Below are positions 1 to 14,000 of a DNA stretch of 64,000 nt, piece after piece. Position numbers and translations under genes: made by a program. Source of the stretch: Protoeuglena noctilucae (lineage: Eukaryota); the NCBI GenBank assembly GCA_958009085.1, contig OY253673.1, positions 1,302,001 through 1,366,000 on the forward strand, written 5' to 3'. The notes below the pieces were generated by a model. That model was not told where the DNA came from and made no database searches. It saw nothing but the letters and a program-made list of their open reading frames with translations. The number at the start of each line of letters is the position of its first letter. Position 1 is the stretch's first letter.

Positions 1-669
1 CACGCGGCACGGTGCCTGGGAGCGCCTCAGCGTTGCACAGAACAGGTCCATCAGCATGCTCTTGCCGGTGCCCACGGGTCCGTGCACGTACACGCCCAGC
101 GGGGCAGCTGGCATCGTGGGGGGCGCCCCGGCACCCTCGTCGACCTCTCGCTCTATTCGTCGCATCGCCTCACGACGCGCCCTCTCCGCAGCCGGTGGGG
201 AAGCCCCACCAGGGCCCGGCCACAGGGACTGAAGCCACGATTGGATCGGCCATTCGGTCCCTCTCTCCTGACGCAGCGCCTCCTTTGTGTAGGCCTCCAG
301 TCGCTCGCTGGTGCGGGACGCCAGCAGCCGCTCCTTCGCTGTTTGCCAGCGCCGGTAGCTCCGGAGCCACCCCGCGTACGCCTCGCTGTGAGCCACCACA
401 GCGCTCAGCGTCTCGTCCAGGACGCTCGCGCACTGCGTGCAGCAGCCAAGAGAGGTGTTTGTATGCATCAAGCGAGACGTGATGCGTTTTTGCTTTACCA
501 TGGTCACCTTTCGCTGCGATTCATCCCTCCGAATTGCTCCCCGCGACACTAGAGCATCGTATTGCTCGCGGATGGCCCCTGCAGCGAGCGAGCTGAAGAA
601 GCGCCTCGACGTGAAGCCCAGCCATGCTCGCCGGCGAAGGCTCCGAGCGGTGCAGGTATGCCACGTCAT
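1..669 (-). CDS. AFG1L: AFG1/LACE1/ZapE-family ATPase, 5' part (runs off the window start)
   Basis: Exon 669-508 reads MTWHTCTARSLRRRAWLGFTSRRFFSS...QYDALVSRGAIRRDESQRK (mitochondrial-type presequence). GT-AG intron 507-433. Exon 432-1 contains the family Walker A context GVYVHGPVGTGKSMLMDLF. Confidence 0.88.
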   Translation of the reverse strand, partial: MTWHTCTARSLRRRAWLGFTSRRFFSSLAAGAIREQYDALVSRGAIRRDESQRKVTMVKQKRITSRLMHTNTSLGCCTQCASVLDETLSAVVAHSEAYAGWLRSYRRWQTAKERLLASRTSERLEAYTKEALRQERGTEWPIQSWLQSLWPGPGGASPPAAERARREAMRRIEREVDEGAGAPPTMPAAPLGVYVHGPVGTGKSMLMDLFCATLRRSQAPCRV

Positions 670-1042
670 GGCAGCGATGGAGATGTGGTAGACGTCCGCC
701 AAAGCGCAGCGTCCTTGCATCGGCGCAAAACAGTGCAAGTCCTCGGCACGTGTCAGAACAGCTCGTGCGTCGCAATGAGTCGACTTTTCGAGCGCAGCAG
801 CGCTGCTCTGACAACAGCTATCCTTCCATGAGCTGTCTGCGGCCGCAGTTCTGGGCATCCCAACAGCACTTACTCCCAGCACAGACTTGTTCTCCCTTGC
901 GGGCTTCCCTGGACGCCTGCCTGCGCAGCTTGCAGTGCGGTAGCTCGTGGGAAGTCCCCGCACTGGAACGCCAAGATCGCGCGGTCCCATCGCCCACAGA
1001 GCGAGCCAGCCCACGGCGGCCCCGTGCCACGGGGAGGAAGCC

Positions 1043-2254
<1,212 letters not shown>

Positions 2255-2970
2255 CTGGAGCGGCGCAGATGCTGCGTGCTGGTTTGCTCGGCTTGTGCCG
2301 CACTCCCTTTCCCTCGTTCAAGTCCGGTCAGCCAGGCTGTCGTCAGGTGCAAGTGCCCTCGTGCGGAGTGGGTAGGGGACAGGAACACTCTTGCGACTGT
2401 GCGTGTGACACAAACTGGTCACAGCGAACGCAAACGGCCTCGAGCGCGCGCTTTATGGGTGTGGAATCGCACACACACTTTGCGGAAGCTTACTCCTAGG
2501 TCTGCAAAGTCTGGAATGAGCGAAGCACATCGCTTGCTTCCACTGCCAACATGGCAGTGAACAAGCCGGACGCGGTAGCCGCTGCCCTGAATGCGGAGGC
2601 CAGCAAGGGGCCGACAGCAGGTGCGAAATTTTCCGTGGTGCACCGCCTTGGCCTCGCCTTGGGACGGGTTTAACTGTGCTAATGCTCCTTAGCATAATCT
2701 GCAAACGATGCAACAGTAGCCAGGTATTGTGCGCACTCCTCGCGCTGCATGCCTTCCACACATGCACGTGGCCCGTGCGGGGGCGGTGCTCCGTCAGCCG
2801 TCCCTATCTCGCCCTGCTTGCCGCATGGCTATGTGACATAATAATAGCGCAGCGTGTCGCGCAAATGGACGAACGCGAGGGCCTTTCTCCCGTGCGCAGG
2901 GCCTCCACGTGCCGCGGGGCCCGCCGGGAGTGCGAATTTGGCGAACACAGGAGGAGCGCCCTCTCCCGGA

Positions 2971-5900
2971 ATGACTGGTCAAGTGAGACCAGGCCCAGGA
3001 GGCCCACCAGGTGGGCCTGGTGGGCCAAGGCCGGGGTTCCAACCTAGGCCAGGGATGCCGCCGGGCGGGGTGCCCCCCAACGCAGGAGCTGCTGGCCCCA
3101 GGCCCAACATGATGGGCCAACCGAGGCCAGGGATGCCGCCAGGCGGGATGCCCCCTAACGCGGGCGCTGGGGGTCCTCGGCCGAACATGATGGGCCACCC
3201 CAGGCCAGGGGCACCCCTGGGTGGGGTGCCTCCCAACGCGGGTGCTGGTGCTCCTGGTCCTCCTGACCCAGGGCCCAACCCCATGGGCCAGGCCAGGCCC
3301 GGAGCTCCAACAGGTGCCCCGCCTCCCAATGCGGGTGGCGCCGGCCCAGGGCCCACTGCGTTGGCCCAGCCCAGGCCAGGGGCGCCGCCTGCCGGGCCGC
3401 AGCCCGCTGGGTCGTTGCGCCCGGCTCCGAGCAACGCCGCGGGCCTGCAGGCGGGCGCGGGACCTTCGGGGGCTGCCGCCGCCGCCGCTCCCGGTGCCGC
3501 GCCCGCCAGCCAGGCGTCTGACGTATCCAAGGCTGCCGCGGAAGCAATGAAGGAAATCAGTTCCCGGGGCCTCTCGGTGGCACAACGCGGACCTGCCGGG
3601 GGTGCAGCGGAGCCTGAGGGCACGAGCGGCGACGGGGAAGCAGGCGACGGCGACCACGCACCGAAGAGGGAAGCGACGCCGCCACCTGCGGACCGCACCG
3701 CTGATCCCGGGCCCGCCTCGCCGGCAATGGGTGAAGCGGGGGGGCCCAAGTCGCCTGAGGCCGGTGGGCGCGAGGCGGGGGCGTCTTTGAGTCCGGCCCC
3801 GGCGTCCTCGGAGATTGCCTCTCCGCGGTCGGTAAACCCGGCGAGCCCCCGGCCAGGAGGGCCACCACCCGCGAAGGCCAGCATAAGGGGTGGGGCTGTG
3901 CCTGGGGACGGCCAGGGGGTGGCAACTGCTGCGGGTGCGGCGGCGGCTGCCCGCGCACCGTCCCTGCCCCACGGCGCGAAAGCCGAGGCCCCGGATCTTT
4001 TGCGGGAGCTGGAGGCGATGGGGGTGGACCTCGAGTCGGGCTTGGGCCGCCGGCTGCGGGCGTATTGTGCTATGGACGTGAAGGAGCTCTTCCGGGCAGC
4101 CGTGAAGCTCGAGCTGGGCGTGGCGGCGTCGCAAGGTGACCGGCATGGCGCACGTGTCAAGCACTTGCGGCTGTGTCAGTGGCGTGGGCAGTGCTACGTG
4201 CTGCGTTGACATTGATGCCGCGCGCGCGGCGCTCGTAGCTCTGTGTAACGCGCCCGGTTCCCCACCGTGGCCCTGCAGAGCGCTCGCGGCTGGACGAGTC
4301 GACGCGTCGGGAGTTGGAGGAGATGCTTGTGCGATTAGAGAAGCACGTGCGCGAGCAAGAGGAGGCCAGGGGCCGTGCGGAGGCGGATCTGGAGCGGGTG
4401 ATGGGGCAGATGTCGATGGGGCAAGAGGGGCGGCTCGCTGCCGAGGACCGGATGCGGGAGATGGAAGCGGAGCTGGAGAGCGCGCGGGTGGAGGCACGGC
4501 GAGCGACGGCGCTTCTAGACCAGGCAGCAGAGATCACGAGGGCGCGCGTGGAGAGCGAGTGGGCTGTGCGGTTCACGCGGGCGCAGGCGGATGCCGAGAC
4601 GAGGGCCGCACGGCTCATGCTCGAGAACCAGCGACTGCAGCAGGAGCTGCACTACCGCACGGACATGATGGGCGCCGAGGCGAGTGCAGGGGTGGAACAC
4701 GATGGAGCGCTGCTGGCGTGGGTGGGCTTTTGTGAATGCAACTGTCGTGGTTCTACACCTTTGCTGGCACAAGCGAGGCTTTGTCTGCCTGCGGGTGCTG
4801 TGGGTGGTATTGCATGGGACAGACCGACTCACAGGGACTGGGGTTGACACCTGGAGGCCCCAGGTGTCACATCGCGGGCATCTGGCACCATGCAGCGTGT
4901 GCATACGTCGCATCGTCGCTCGCCGTGCCGCAGATGTCGCGCTGGAAGGCGCAGGCAGAGCAGAGCAGCAAGGCGGTGGCCGAGGCAAGGACGGAGGTGT
5001 TGGCTCGGAAGAAGGAGTTAGACCACACGAACCACAAGCTCAATCGTCTCATGGAGACCCTCGCGGCCGGTGACCACGTCGGGTCCGTGCTGCTGGACGA
5101 GATCGGCATGCAGCTCAACCGCGCGCAGCAGCAGAGCGACTGGGACAAGAAGGCGAGCGGTGGCGGCGCGACCGTTGCATGGCTAGACAGGAACCTTGCA
5201 CTGGAAGGACGGAGCAGCACAGATTGCTGTCCAACGCGTGACAGAATTGGTATTGGTACCGCCAGCGTGGGTGGCCACAGCGACGGTGCAACATGCGACC
5301 CTGTTTGCTTCCCGCAGCTCGCCAAGCAGCACCGGGCGTCCATGGCACCGGCACCCGCCCTTGTCGCGCCCCCGCGCATGCCCATGTTGAACGGAGGCGA
5401 GGCTGCGGGCCAGCGCTAATGGCCATCCTTTGCCATGCATGTGGGTTGGTTAGACATCGTACCTGAGGCAAGGCTTGTGGTTACCACATCCGCCGCCGCC
5501 TGTGCCCGCAGCCGTGGCGCCCATGCCCCCGGGACCGGATGCTTTCCACGCGTCTCCGAACAAAAACAACGGCTTCTACGGTGAGTCTGAGGGAGGGCCA
5601 CGAGGTACCAACTGAGCGTGACGTCTGCCGCGCCATCTCTGAAGACGCCGTGCCATGGAAGAGCATGAGGTTGCTGGTTAGTGGCGTGTTACTGCTGGCC
5701 TACATCTGCAAACCCGTCCCTGTTTTGCACCTCGCAGGGTCTGTGCTCAACGCGGGCCCCGTGGGATTCGGTGGTGCTGGGGGGTTCCCGTACCCCCCGC
5801 CCGCCATGCATGGGATGGGCTTTGGCCCTGGCGCCATGTGGGGGGGCATGGCGCCGCAGATGAGGTGAATGGCTCGGCAGAGGCTGACTGTATCCTAACC

Positions 5901-6523
5901 CTGCAGCCTGGTGGTACACGGGGTGCGTGGCGAGGGCTGAGGTTGACGAGGGAATATGTTGCCCTGTGTCTGACTCGGCAACGTTGCTCCACACCCCACA
6001 GTATGGCTGGCATGCCCCAAGTGATGGACTCCATGGGCAGCATGGAGCTGTCCCCGGTCCGCCAGGCGAATGGCGCGATTTCGTTCCAAGACGACTCGCC
6101 CAAGCGCAAGGTGAGCGGTGGATGAGGTGCACTGGCTGCCATGAGAGATAGACGTTACATGGGGAAGAGCCTTCTTGGGAGCCTCGCAACGTGCTTAAGA
6201 CCGCAACGCCTGCGTAGTATCGACACTTGTGCATCATCTGTCGTGCGTCGCATGCGCCCCAGCACACGCTTTCCGAGATAACGCAAGGAGCCTGCTGTTG
6301 CGCGCAGGCTTCTGCCCGCGGTGGCAACGCGGGGCCGAGAGGCGGCAAGGCGCCGGGAGCCAACGCGGGGGTGGCGCGGCGGGCTGCAGAGAGGGGCGTG
6401 GAGGAGGCCAAAAGGCGTGCGGGGAACGCGGGCCGTGGCGGGAAGGGACCGGGCGGCGACGACCGGTGGCAGGAGCGGGAGCGGGAGAACAAGCTGAGCT
6501 ATGGGAACCCGAAGAACTGGTAG
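2971..6523 (+). CDS. Uncharacterised protein: Pro/Gly repeat N-terminus, central coiled coil, ~8 exons (start uncertain)
   Basis: Frame-consistent splicing with donors at ~4135, 4680 (GC), 5153 (GC), 5397 (GC), 5582, 5865 and 6111. E/R/A-rich heptad-like segment 4280-5150. Ends ...YGNPKNW-TAG. Confidence 0.7.
3043..3400 (+). repeat. Coding tandem repeat, ~78 bp unit (PRPGMPPGGxPPNAGAxGPRPNMMGQ), 3 good and ~2 degenerate copies
   Basis: Visible directly in the DNA and in the translation of ORF 2854-4209. Confidence 0.85.
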
Positions 6524-6724
6524 CATTTGCCGTGGGGCCTGTGGGATCATGTAAGTCACCGCGCCTGGCACCCAGCACGTTGCTTTGCAAGTCACTTGCA
6601 CGTCTGTATTTCGCTGTGTTTGCCTCGTTCTTGAACTTTGACGCGTGATAGCAGGTTGCTTTCAACCGCCAGCGACGCAGGGATCCCATCACAAACGCTC
6701 GCCGCTCGCCAGCGCGCGCGTCCC

Positions 6725-9700
6725 TCACGCCCCGTTCTCTGCGCCCTTCGCGTTCATCTTCTCCGCCTGCGCATGCCAAAGATAGAGTGGGTATGAAAGC
6801 GCATAAGGTGCAGAGAGAGCGCTGCAAGTCGCCATGAACGCACGGGAACGGAGCCCGCATTCGACCCCGCCCTCGCCGTCCGCCGCGCACCTTGAGGGCC
6901 TGCCGGAGGCTCTTCTCGGCGATTTGGATGATCCTGTCCATCTTGGCCTCCTCGAGCTCCTGCAGGGTCTTGCCCTCGACCGGGGCCGACGACCGGCGCA
7001 GGTTGGGCGAGAGCTTGAGGAGCGTGACCCGGCCCTTCTCGTCGCCCACCAGCACGACGGGCTGCTTCGGGTTGAAGGCGATACGCGTCAGCTTGGCCTT
7101 CTTGCTGGGCATCTTCTGCTCGCAGATGGGCTCGTTCTTGTTCTGGGCCAAATCGAACACGTGCACCTTCCCGTCGGCCGTCTGCGGCGGGGAAAGGATA
7201 ACTTAAGGGTCAAATTACGCAACGAGTGCGTTTCTGTCGAGCGTCGCGCGTATAAGAGCCTCGGCTCCGCACCACGGCAGCGAAGACGGTGGAGCTGTAG
7301 GGCGCCCACACGGCGTCTCCCACGGGCGACCCGAGGTCGAAGGAGAGGAAGGGCCTCTCGGAGCTGGTGTGGTCCCAGAGCTTGACGCTCCAGTCGGCGG
7401 ACGCGGAGAGGAAGACGCGCGGGTGGAGGTGGTTCCACCGCACGGCATACACGGGCATCTGGTGGGCGTTGTACGTGTCCAAATACTGCGAGTTGTAGGC
7501 CTTGCTGCACTTGTGGATGAGTCCCTCCTCGGTCCCGACGACGAACAGATGGCCCTGCGCCTGGTTGAAGTCGAAGCAGCACCCGCCGGCCAGGGCGTTG
7601 ATCATCGCGTCCTCGTCCTCCTCCTCCTCCTCGGCCCGCGTGCTCATCAGCCGCAGCTCCATCGCCACCGACATCTCCACCTCCGCCTTCGTCACGGACC
7701 ACATCGCCACGCGGCCGTCCGTGGAGACGGAGTAGAACTGAAGCGACTTGGACATCTCGTCCTCCTGCCAGCGGATCTGCCACACGGGGTCCGTGTGCTT
7801 GCCCACGCGCACGTTGCTCTGCGGAACAAGTGACACGGCGCTTCCAAAGGCAGCTGCAGTTGGGGGCGCGTGCTGTGACGCCCGCCATAGGCCAGACCGT
7901 GACATGCTGCAAAGCCATGACGCACATCCGGCGGAAAGCTAACATCACAACGCATGCAGGCACGCACCTGGTAGAGGGGCTTCTTGGACCCGCTGGCGAT
8001 GTCGAACACCAGCACCGAGCCGTCGTAGAGACCCACGGCCAGCAGGTTGGGGAAGTTGGAGTGGAAGTCGAGGCACATGGCGCCGGAATCGCACTCGAAC
8101 ACCGCCTGGGAGCGAGGAAGAAGGGCGGCACGGGTGCCTGATGCTGTGCTGGGGGTCGCAGTGCGGGGGAGGCGGGCAATGCGCACAGACGCTCCCCCCC
8201 CCCTGCTCGCGACTGCTACCATGTGCCCAAGCCATGCCACCGCATATGCATCGTATGCGCCACACCGCACCCTGTGCCACTACGCCAGCGCCATGCTAGT
8301 GCCTTTGCATGGCCATTGCCCGTCATACCGCACCTCTGGCTCGGTGGGGTTCTTAAGAGAAAAGATGCAGACGTCCCCCTTGCCCTGCCGGTGGAAGTCG
8401 AAGGAGCCGTATCCCACCGCGAAGAGGTCGGCGTACTTGGGGTTCCAGCAAAGAGCTGTGACGTGCTTGCGCTTAACCGAGGGGTTGCGGAAGCTGGGGT
8501 CGTGCCAGAGGGGCAGCAGCGTGCCCTCCCCCTGCCGGAACTGGTCGCTCTGGTCCTCCCAGTACTTGTAGTCGAGGATCAGGTGGTTGAACATGTTCTG
8601 GCTGATCATGCGGCCCATGAGCTTCATGGCGTGTTTCATCTCGTTGCTCTCCATCACTTCAGGGTCGTCCTTCTCCTCGGCCTCCAGCTCCAAATCCACC
8701 TCCTCCGCGTCCTGCGCAATTGACAGCGGGGAGGGAGCTTAGCAGCGGGGAGGGAGCGGGCGTGAGGCGGAGTCACGGGTGCACCCTTGCATGGTGGTGC
8801 GCGACGGGACGTGGGGCGCAGGGGTGCAGGCGAGAGCGATTTTGCGGTGGAGAGCAAGCTTGCAGCAAAGAGTGCAGGTCTCACTCACGCAGTTGTCGCA
8901 CTGAGGGGCTGCAGTCACGCATCACCACTCCCCACACCCCACACCGCACACCCACTCTCCCTCCCCAACCCTCGCCTGCTTCTTCTGCCCCTTCTTGCCC
9001 TTCCCCCGCAGCTCCCTCTGCGCCTTCTCCTGCAGGTGGATGCGCGTCTGGTCCGCCAGGTACGTGTCGTAAATGATCGAGAAGGAGCTCTCGCCTGACG
9101 CCGTCTCCACGGGCGGCGGGTCCGTCTGCACGAACCGCTCCCGCTGCGGGAGGTTCTTCGTCTGCATGGCGCGCTCGGCGAAGTTGAAGACGTTTTTGAG
9201 CTCCACGACGCCCTCGTGCGCCGCCTCCTGCTTCTTTTTGGCTTGTACGCGCTCGTACTCCTGCTTGGCCTCGTGCTCTGCCTTCTCGTGCTCCAGCTGC
9301 GCGTTCGCCTCATCGGACCCCGGGCTGACCAGCCACCCGTTGGTCGCGTAGTGCACAATCGTGTGCTGGATGATGGCCTCGGCCTTGAACGCCTTCACGT
9401 TCGGGTTGTAGCGCACCACGTTCTCGGGGGCCACGGGGTTCTTGGCCGTGAGAATCATCGGGATCTCCTCCTCCAGCTCCGCCTCCGTCAGCTGCGAGGG
9501 TGAGGGCCGGGTCAGGTGGGATGCAGCATATGGGGTCGCGAATGTGGGCCCATCTGTTCGTAAGAGGGGGTTGCATGGGGGGTCGTGTATCTGAGGGGTC
9601 GTGAAGTTGCTTCCTTAGAACCCGGCATGCGAGGCGTGAGAGGGCTTATGGAGGGGCCACTGGGGCCAAAGCCAGTGCGAGGCGTCGGTTGCGATCACCA

Positions 9701-9979
9701 CGCCAGCGAGCTGGGCACGCACCGCGAGCTGCAGGCTGGGCCGCTCATGGTCCTTCTCCGGTGCCGACCTCGCCACGGACTCCAACGGCAGGTCCAACAC
9801 CTGCTTGCTGGCCGCCCCATCCCCCTTGGGCGGCTGCGGGTGCAAAGGCACGTTTGCAGTTCGCAACAGCTCGTGAGATGGACTGACTGGGGCGCTGCCT
9901 GCTCGCGGACGCTGCTCTGGCCGGCGCAATGACAGGAAGCTTGAGACGATTGGGGCTCGCGAGGTTGACGACTCACCAT
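6725..9979 (-). CDS. DNAI1: Axonemal outer-arm dynein intermediate chain 1 (IC78/ODA9-like WD40 protein), ~8 exons
   Basis: Motifs ILTAKNPVAPENVVRYN, LKNVFNFAERAMQT, DYKYWEDQSDQFRQGEGTLLPLW, DLFAVGYGSFDF, KHTDPVWQIRW, GTEEGLIHKCSKAYNSQYL, LKLSPNLRR. GC donor at 8975. Confidence 0.92.
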
Positions 9980-11038
9980 CGACGCAGGCCCCTCCCGACC
10001 TCGGTGTGGCCCCTGTGTTTCGCCCTCGCCGGCGCCCTCAGATCTGCTGCGGGCAACAACAGTGGAACGATGAGCTCTGTCGGAGTCACGAGAGGCTCCG
10101 CGCGTGCGGCTACGCGGCGCAAAAGGCGCGGGGAGGGAAACACATGCCTCTGCTCGTCGCCCCCGCCCGCTGCTGCGGAGTCTCCGTATCAGCCACCGCG
10201 TATTGCTCGCAAGAGTAAAGGGCCTGGCAAAGCGATGCGAGGTCTAGGAGAGACGGCCCAGTGCGCGCCTGCCCGCCTCGCTTGCCCCCAAATGGCCGCG
10301 TTGGCCTGCCCGACGCTCTGGACCGCCGCAAGAGCCACTGACCTGCTGAGCCGGTGCCTCTTCTATCTTCTCGCGCCACTCGGATGCCAGCGGTGCACCG
10401 TGACTTCCACTCTGCGTGGGGGAATGGTCATAAGCAATGAGGCCATGTTCACGAGGCCCGGGCCAGGTCGCCGAAGGGCGCGGCAAGACCCTGCGGCGTG
10501 CGATTCAGTGACGCAGGCCACAGCGTCACGAAGGGGTCGCAAGCCCCTCCGCTGCGGCCTGGGGCCTGCCGTGCAAAGCAGAGGACATGCCTGGCCCTCC
10601 CCAGGGCTGGCGGGCCCTCAAAGGTCGACCCCGCTGCATGCGCACGCAAGGTGGTCGCGCCATGCTCACCCTGGGCCCCTGCGATGCCCAGCTGCCGGCG
10701 AGTGCCGCGCGCGAAAACAAACCCGACGCCCACGGCACGCTGTCGTCCAAACGATATCACAGGCCTCCCTCTCTTGTACAAACATGAGCGGAGAATGCCG
10801 TCGCTAGCGACGGGAAGGCCGGGCGATCCTGCCAGTGAGAAGTGCCAGAAACAAGCAGAGCAGGCCGATGGGATTCACTCACGCCATTGCCAGATGATGA
10901 AATATTTGCACCAATAGCGTACCGGACTCGCTCCGGGGTCCAGCCTGCCGTTGACTTGATTGACACCGCTCCTCCTCGTCTTCCATCCATTGGCTAGCAA
11001 AAGGCATCCAGTCCTGTACATGTCCTGACGGAGGCGCG

Positions 11039-14000
11039 ATGCCGTCGAAGAGACAGCGGGAGGAGGCGCCAGAGGAGGCGTTCCCCCGCGGGGGAGGCAA
11101 GGCCCTAAAGGCCGCCGAGGACGACGAGGTCCCGGCTCTGTTCGCGAGCAAACCCAAATCCAAGAACAGCAGACATAAAAGCTTGTTCGGGGGCCAGGTG
11201 GGGAAGGGCAGGGGATTCCTTGCGCGGCGGCTGGCCTCGACGGCCGTCCTGCGTGCAAGAGCAGGGGACCTAGCCGTCGGGGGGGGGGCACTTTTAGCGC
11301 CCTCTCGTCGTGAGCGCGATACGCATAACCTACTCTATCGCGTGAAACCGTGGCTGCATGCTCCGGGCTTGAGACGCGCCGCTGCTGGCCTTGCGACGCG
11401 GGCCGCCGCACCATGCAGCGCGGGTGCGGGAGTGCGGCCCACGACAGGACTCGCACCGGATCCCTGCTTTCGTGACCATGCATCACTCCCGCGCGCCTGG
11501 TCCCTCGCGACTCGTGCGCTCGCGGCGAGCCTCGTTACCTCGGCCCGCGTGCCCTACACCTCGCGCGGACCCTTTCCGGGAGCTCATTAGCGCCGGTTCC
11601 GTGTTCCGCAGAATGAGTTGCTCGTGGACGATGGCCCGTCCGCCAAGGAGCAGCGTTTCGTGGAGCTGCTGAAGCCCAAGGCTCTCCACCGCGGCACCAA
11701 GCTGTGGGGCTGCGTTTCTGTGATAAGCAGAGACGGCATCGTGGTCTCCGTCCCTCACGGCCTCAGGTAAACATCCTGTCAGAGACACAGAGCATAAAAG
11801 CGGGCGAATGGTTTGAAGTAATGACACCCAGCTGCGACCCGCAGTGCACCAAGGCTCAGCCATGCGCCCAGAACATGGACACCCCTTTCAAAGCCCCCCC
11901 GTGCCCCCCGCTCCTCCCCAGAGTCCACGTGGATGCCGAGGAGCTTTCTGACACGGTGGGCCCCGAGGATGACGTGGACCCAGCGGCCCTCTTCCGCATC
12001 GGCCAGCTGGTGCGCGTTTGCGTGATGGACGTCGTCATCGGGGATCGAACCAAGGTCGTCGGATCCACCAAGCCTTCTCTGCAGGTGCGCACGGCGGGGT
12101 GCGCGAAGTCACATGCTGCCACAGCCTCTCCTGCTGCACTTGTTGACTGTGGCGACTCCGCTGGCCTCTGCTTTGCCATGTCTCAACCCCACTCGCTCCC
12201 ACACCAACATCCGCAGAACAAGGCCCAGTCGCCCTCTTATACCCGCCCATCTCTGCCCTGTTTGATCCCCACCCTCCCTCTCATACAACACTCCCACATT
12301 ATCCCCGCAGAACAAGGCCCTGTCGCCCTCGGCCCTGCAGCCGGGCATGGTGGTCCCCGCCTCCGTGCGCAGCGCAGAGGACCGCGGCTATGTCCTGGAC
12401 CTGGGCATGCCCGGGTGCACCGCCTTCCTCTCGGACACCGACGCACGGGACGCGTTCGGCGACGAAGGCGAGTAGAAGTGGTGGTGGTGGTGGTGGTGGT
12501 GGTGGTGGTGGTGGTGGTCAGTTACTACCGCCGGTTCGGTGACGCCGCTGGTGTATATGAGGCATAAGTATGGGTAGATGGATGGATGGCATCTCAGTCA
12601 TGTCAATTCTGGTCCTATCCGATTCCCTCAACGCTGACTGTCTCTGTCCCCCACCCATCCCTCGCAGCCCTGCCCCCCGGGCTGGTGGTCGATGCTTTGG
12701 TGGCCTCCGTTCCCGCCAGGAAGGGCCGGGCGGTGCAGGTGGTGTGCACCCCGCAGAGGGTCGCAGAGACGGCCGTCACAGACTGGGGAGGGCTCACCCT
12801 CGAGTCCCTCGTGCCGGGGTCACTCGTGCAGGTGAGGTGTTACGCATTTGAATGTGACATGCGAGGGTAGGTCGTGCAGGTGACATCACATGCCCTCACA
12901 CACCAGCCAAATGGCCGACACCCACCCACCGCACCCCCACACACCCTCGCCCCTAACCCCATCGAACACACCCTCCCCACCCCCACATCCACCTTTGCCC
13001 CCGCAGTGCAAGGTGCTCCGCGTCATGGACGACGGCATCCAGGTCTCATTCCTCGAATATTTCACCGGCACCATCGACCAGTTCCATTTGGGCCCTCGCG
13101 CCCTTGCCCCCGACTGGCGCTCCGCGTTCCCGCCCAACACGCGCCTTCCCGCGCGCATCCTCTTTGTCGATGCCGAGACGAAGCGAGTCGGTCTCACCGC
13201 CCTCCCGCCACTCCTGGCCTTTCAGCCGCCCGGGGGTATGCCCCCGCTGGGAGCGACGTTTTCTGACGCAATTGTGAGGAGGGTGGACAAGGGCGTGGGG
13301 GTGCTCGTGGAGCTGCGGGACCAATCGGGGGAGAGCGTGGGGGCGGGGTACGCCCACATATCAGCGCTGTCGGACACCAAGGTGGACAAGGTGAGAGGGT
13401 TAGGGTGGATGGATGAGGAGGGGTGGACTGGTGGATGTCGGTAGCGGCACTGGCGTGACCGGGTGTCTAGCCAGATAGATACCTAGCTAATGATCCATCC
13501 ATCCATCCATCCATCCACTCTCTATCCATCCATCATCCCGCTATCCATCTGTCCATTCCCTTACTGCCATTCGCAGATAGAGAAGCTCTTCCACGTCGGC
13601 CAGGAGGTGCCGTGCCGGGTCACGGGATACCGCCCCATGGACCACCTATGCACGGTGTCTATGAAGAAATCGATCATGCAGCAGTCGGTCGTGTCCATGA
13701 AAGAGCTCACGCCGGGGCAGGCGGTGTCTGGGGTGGTGAAGGAGGTCACGGCCAATGCGCTCTATGTGGAACTGGCCCCGGGGGTCAAGGGGCGCGTGGC
13801 GGCGATGCACATGGCCGGTGAGACGCGGTGTCGGGTGCGGTCGTTGCGATGTGAGCGATGGGAGGTGTGGTGGAGTCGCTGTGGAGTGGGTTGCCTGCCG
13901 TCGGCTTGTTGCGTGGGTGGTGGGTTGCAGCTGTGCAGTAGCGGGATGTAGGGGGTGCATGGAGGCGCGTGGTAGACAGTTACAATGCATCTCATCATAC

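Noticed and set aside
2794..4497. Long antisense and alternate-frame ORFs (2794-4497, 18823-19554, 42500-43597, 56676-58223 and many others)
   Set aside because: These are shadows of real exons in GC-rich DNA with few stop codons; no recognisable domains.
10890..11030. C-box-like ATGATGA with a downstream CTGA (possible C/D snoRNA) upstream of RRP5
   Set aside because: No terminal stem or rRNA-complementary guide could be identified; it most likely belongs to the promoter or 5' UTR.
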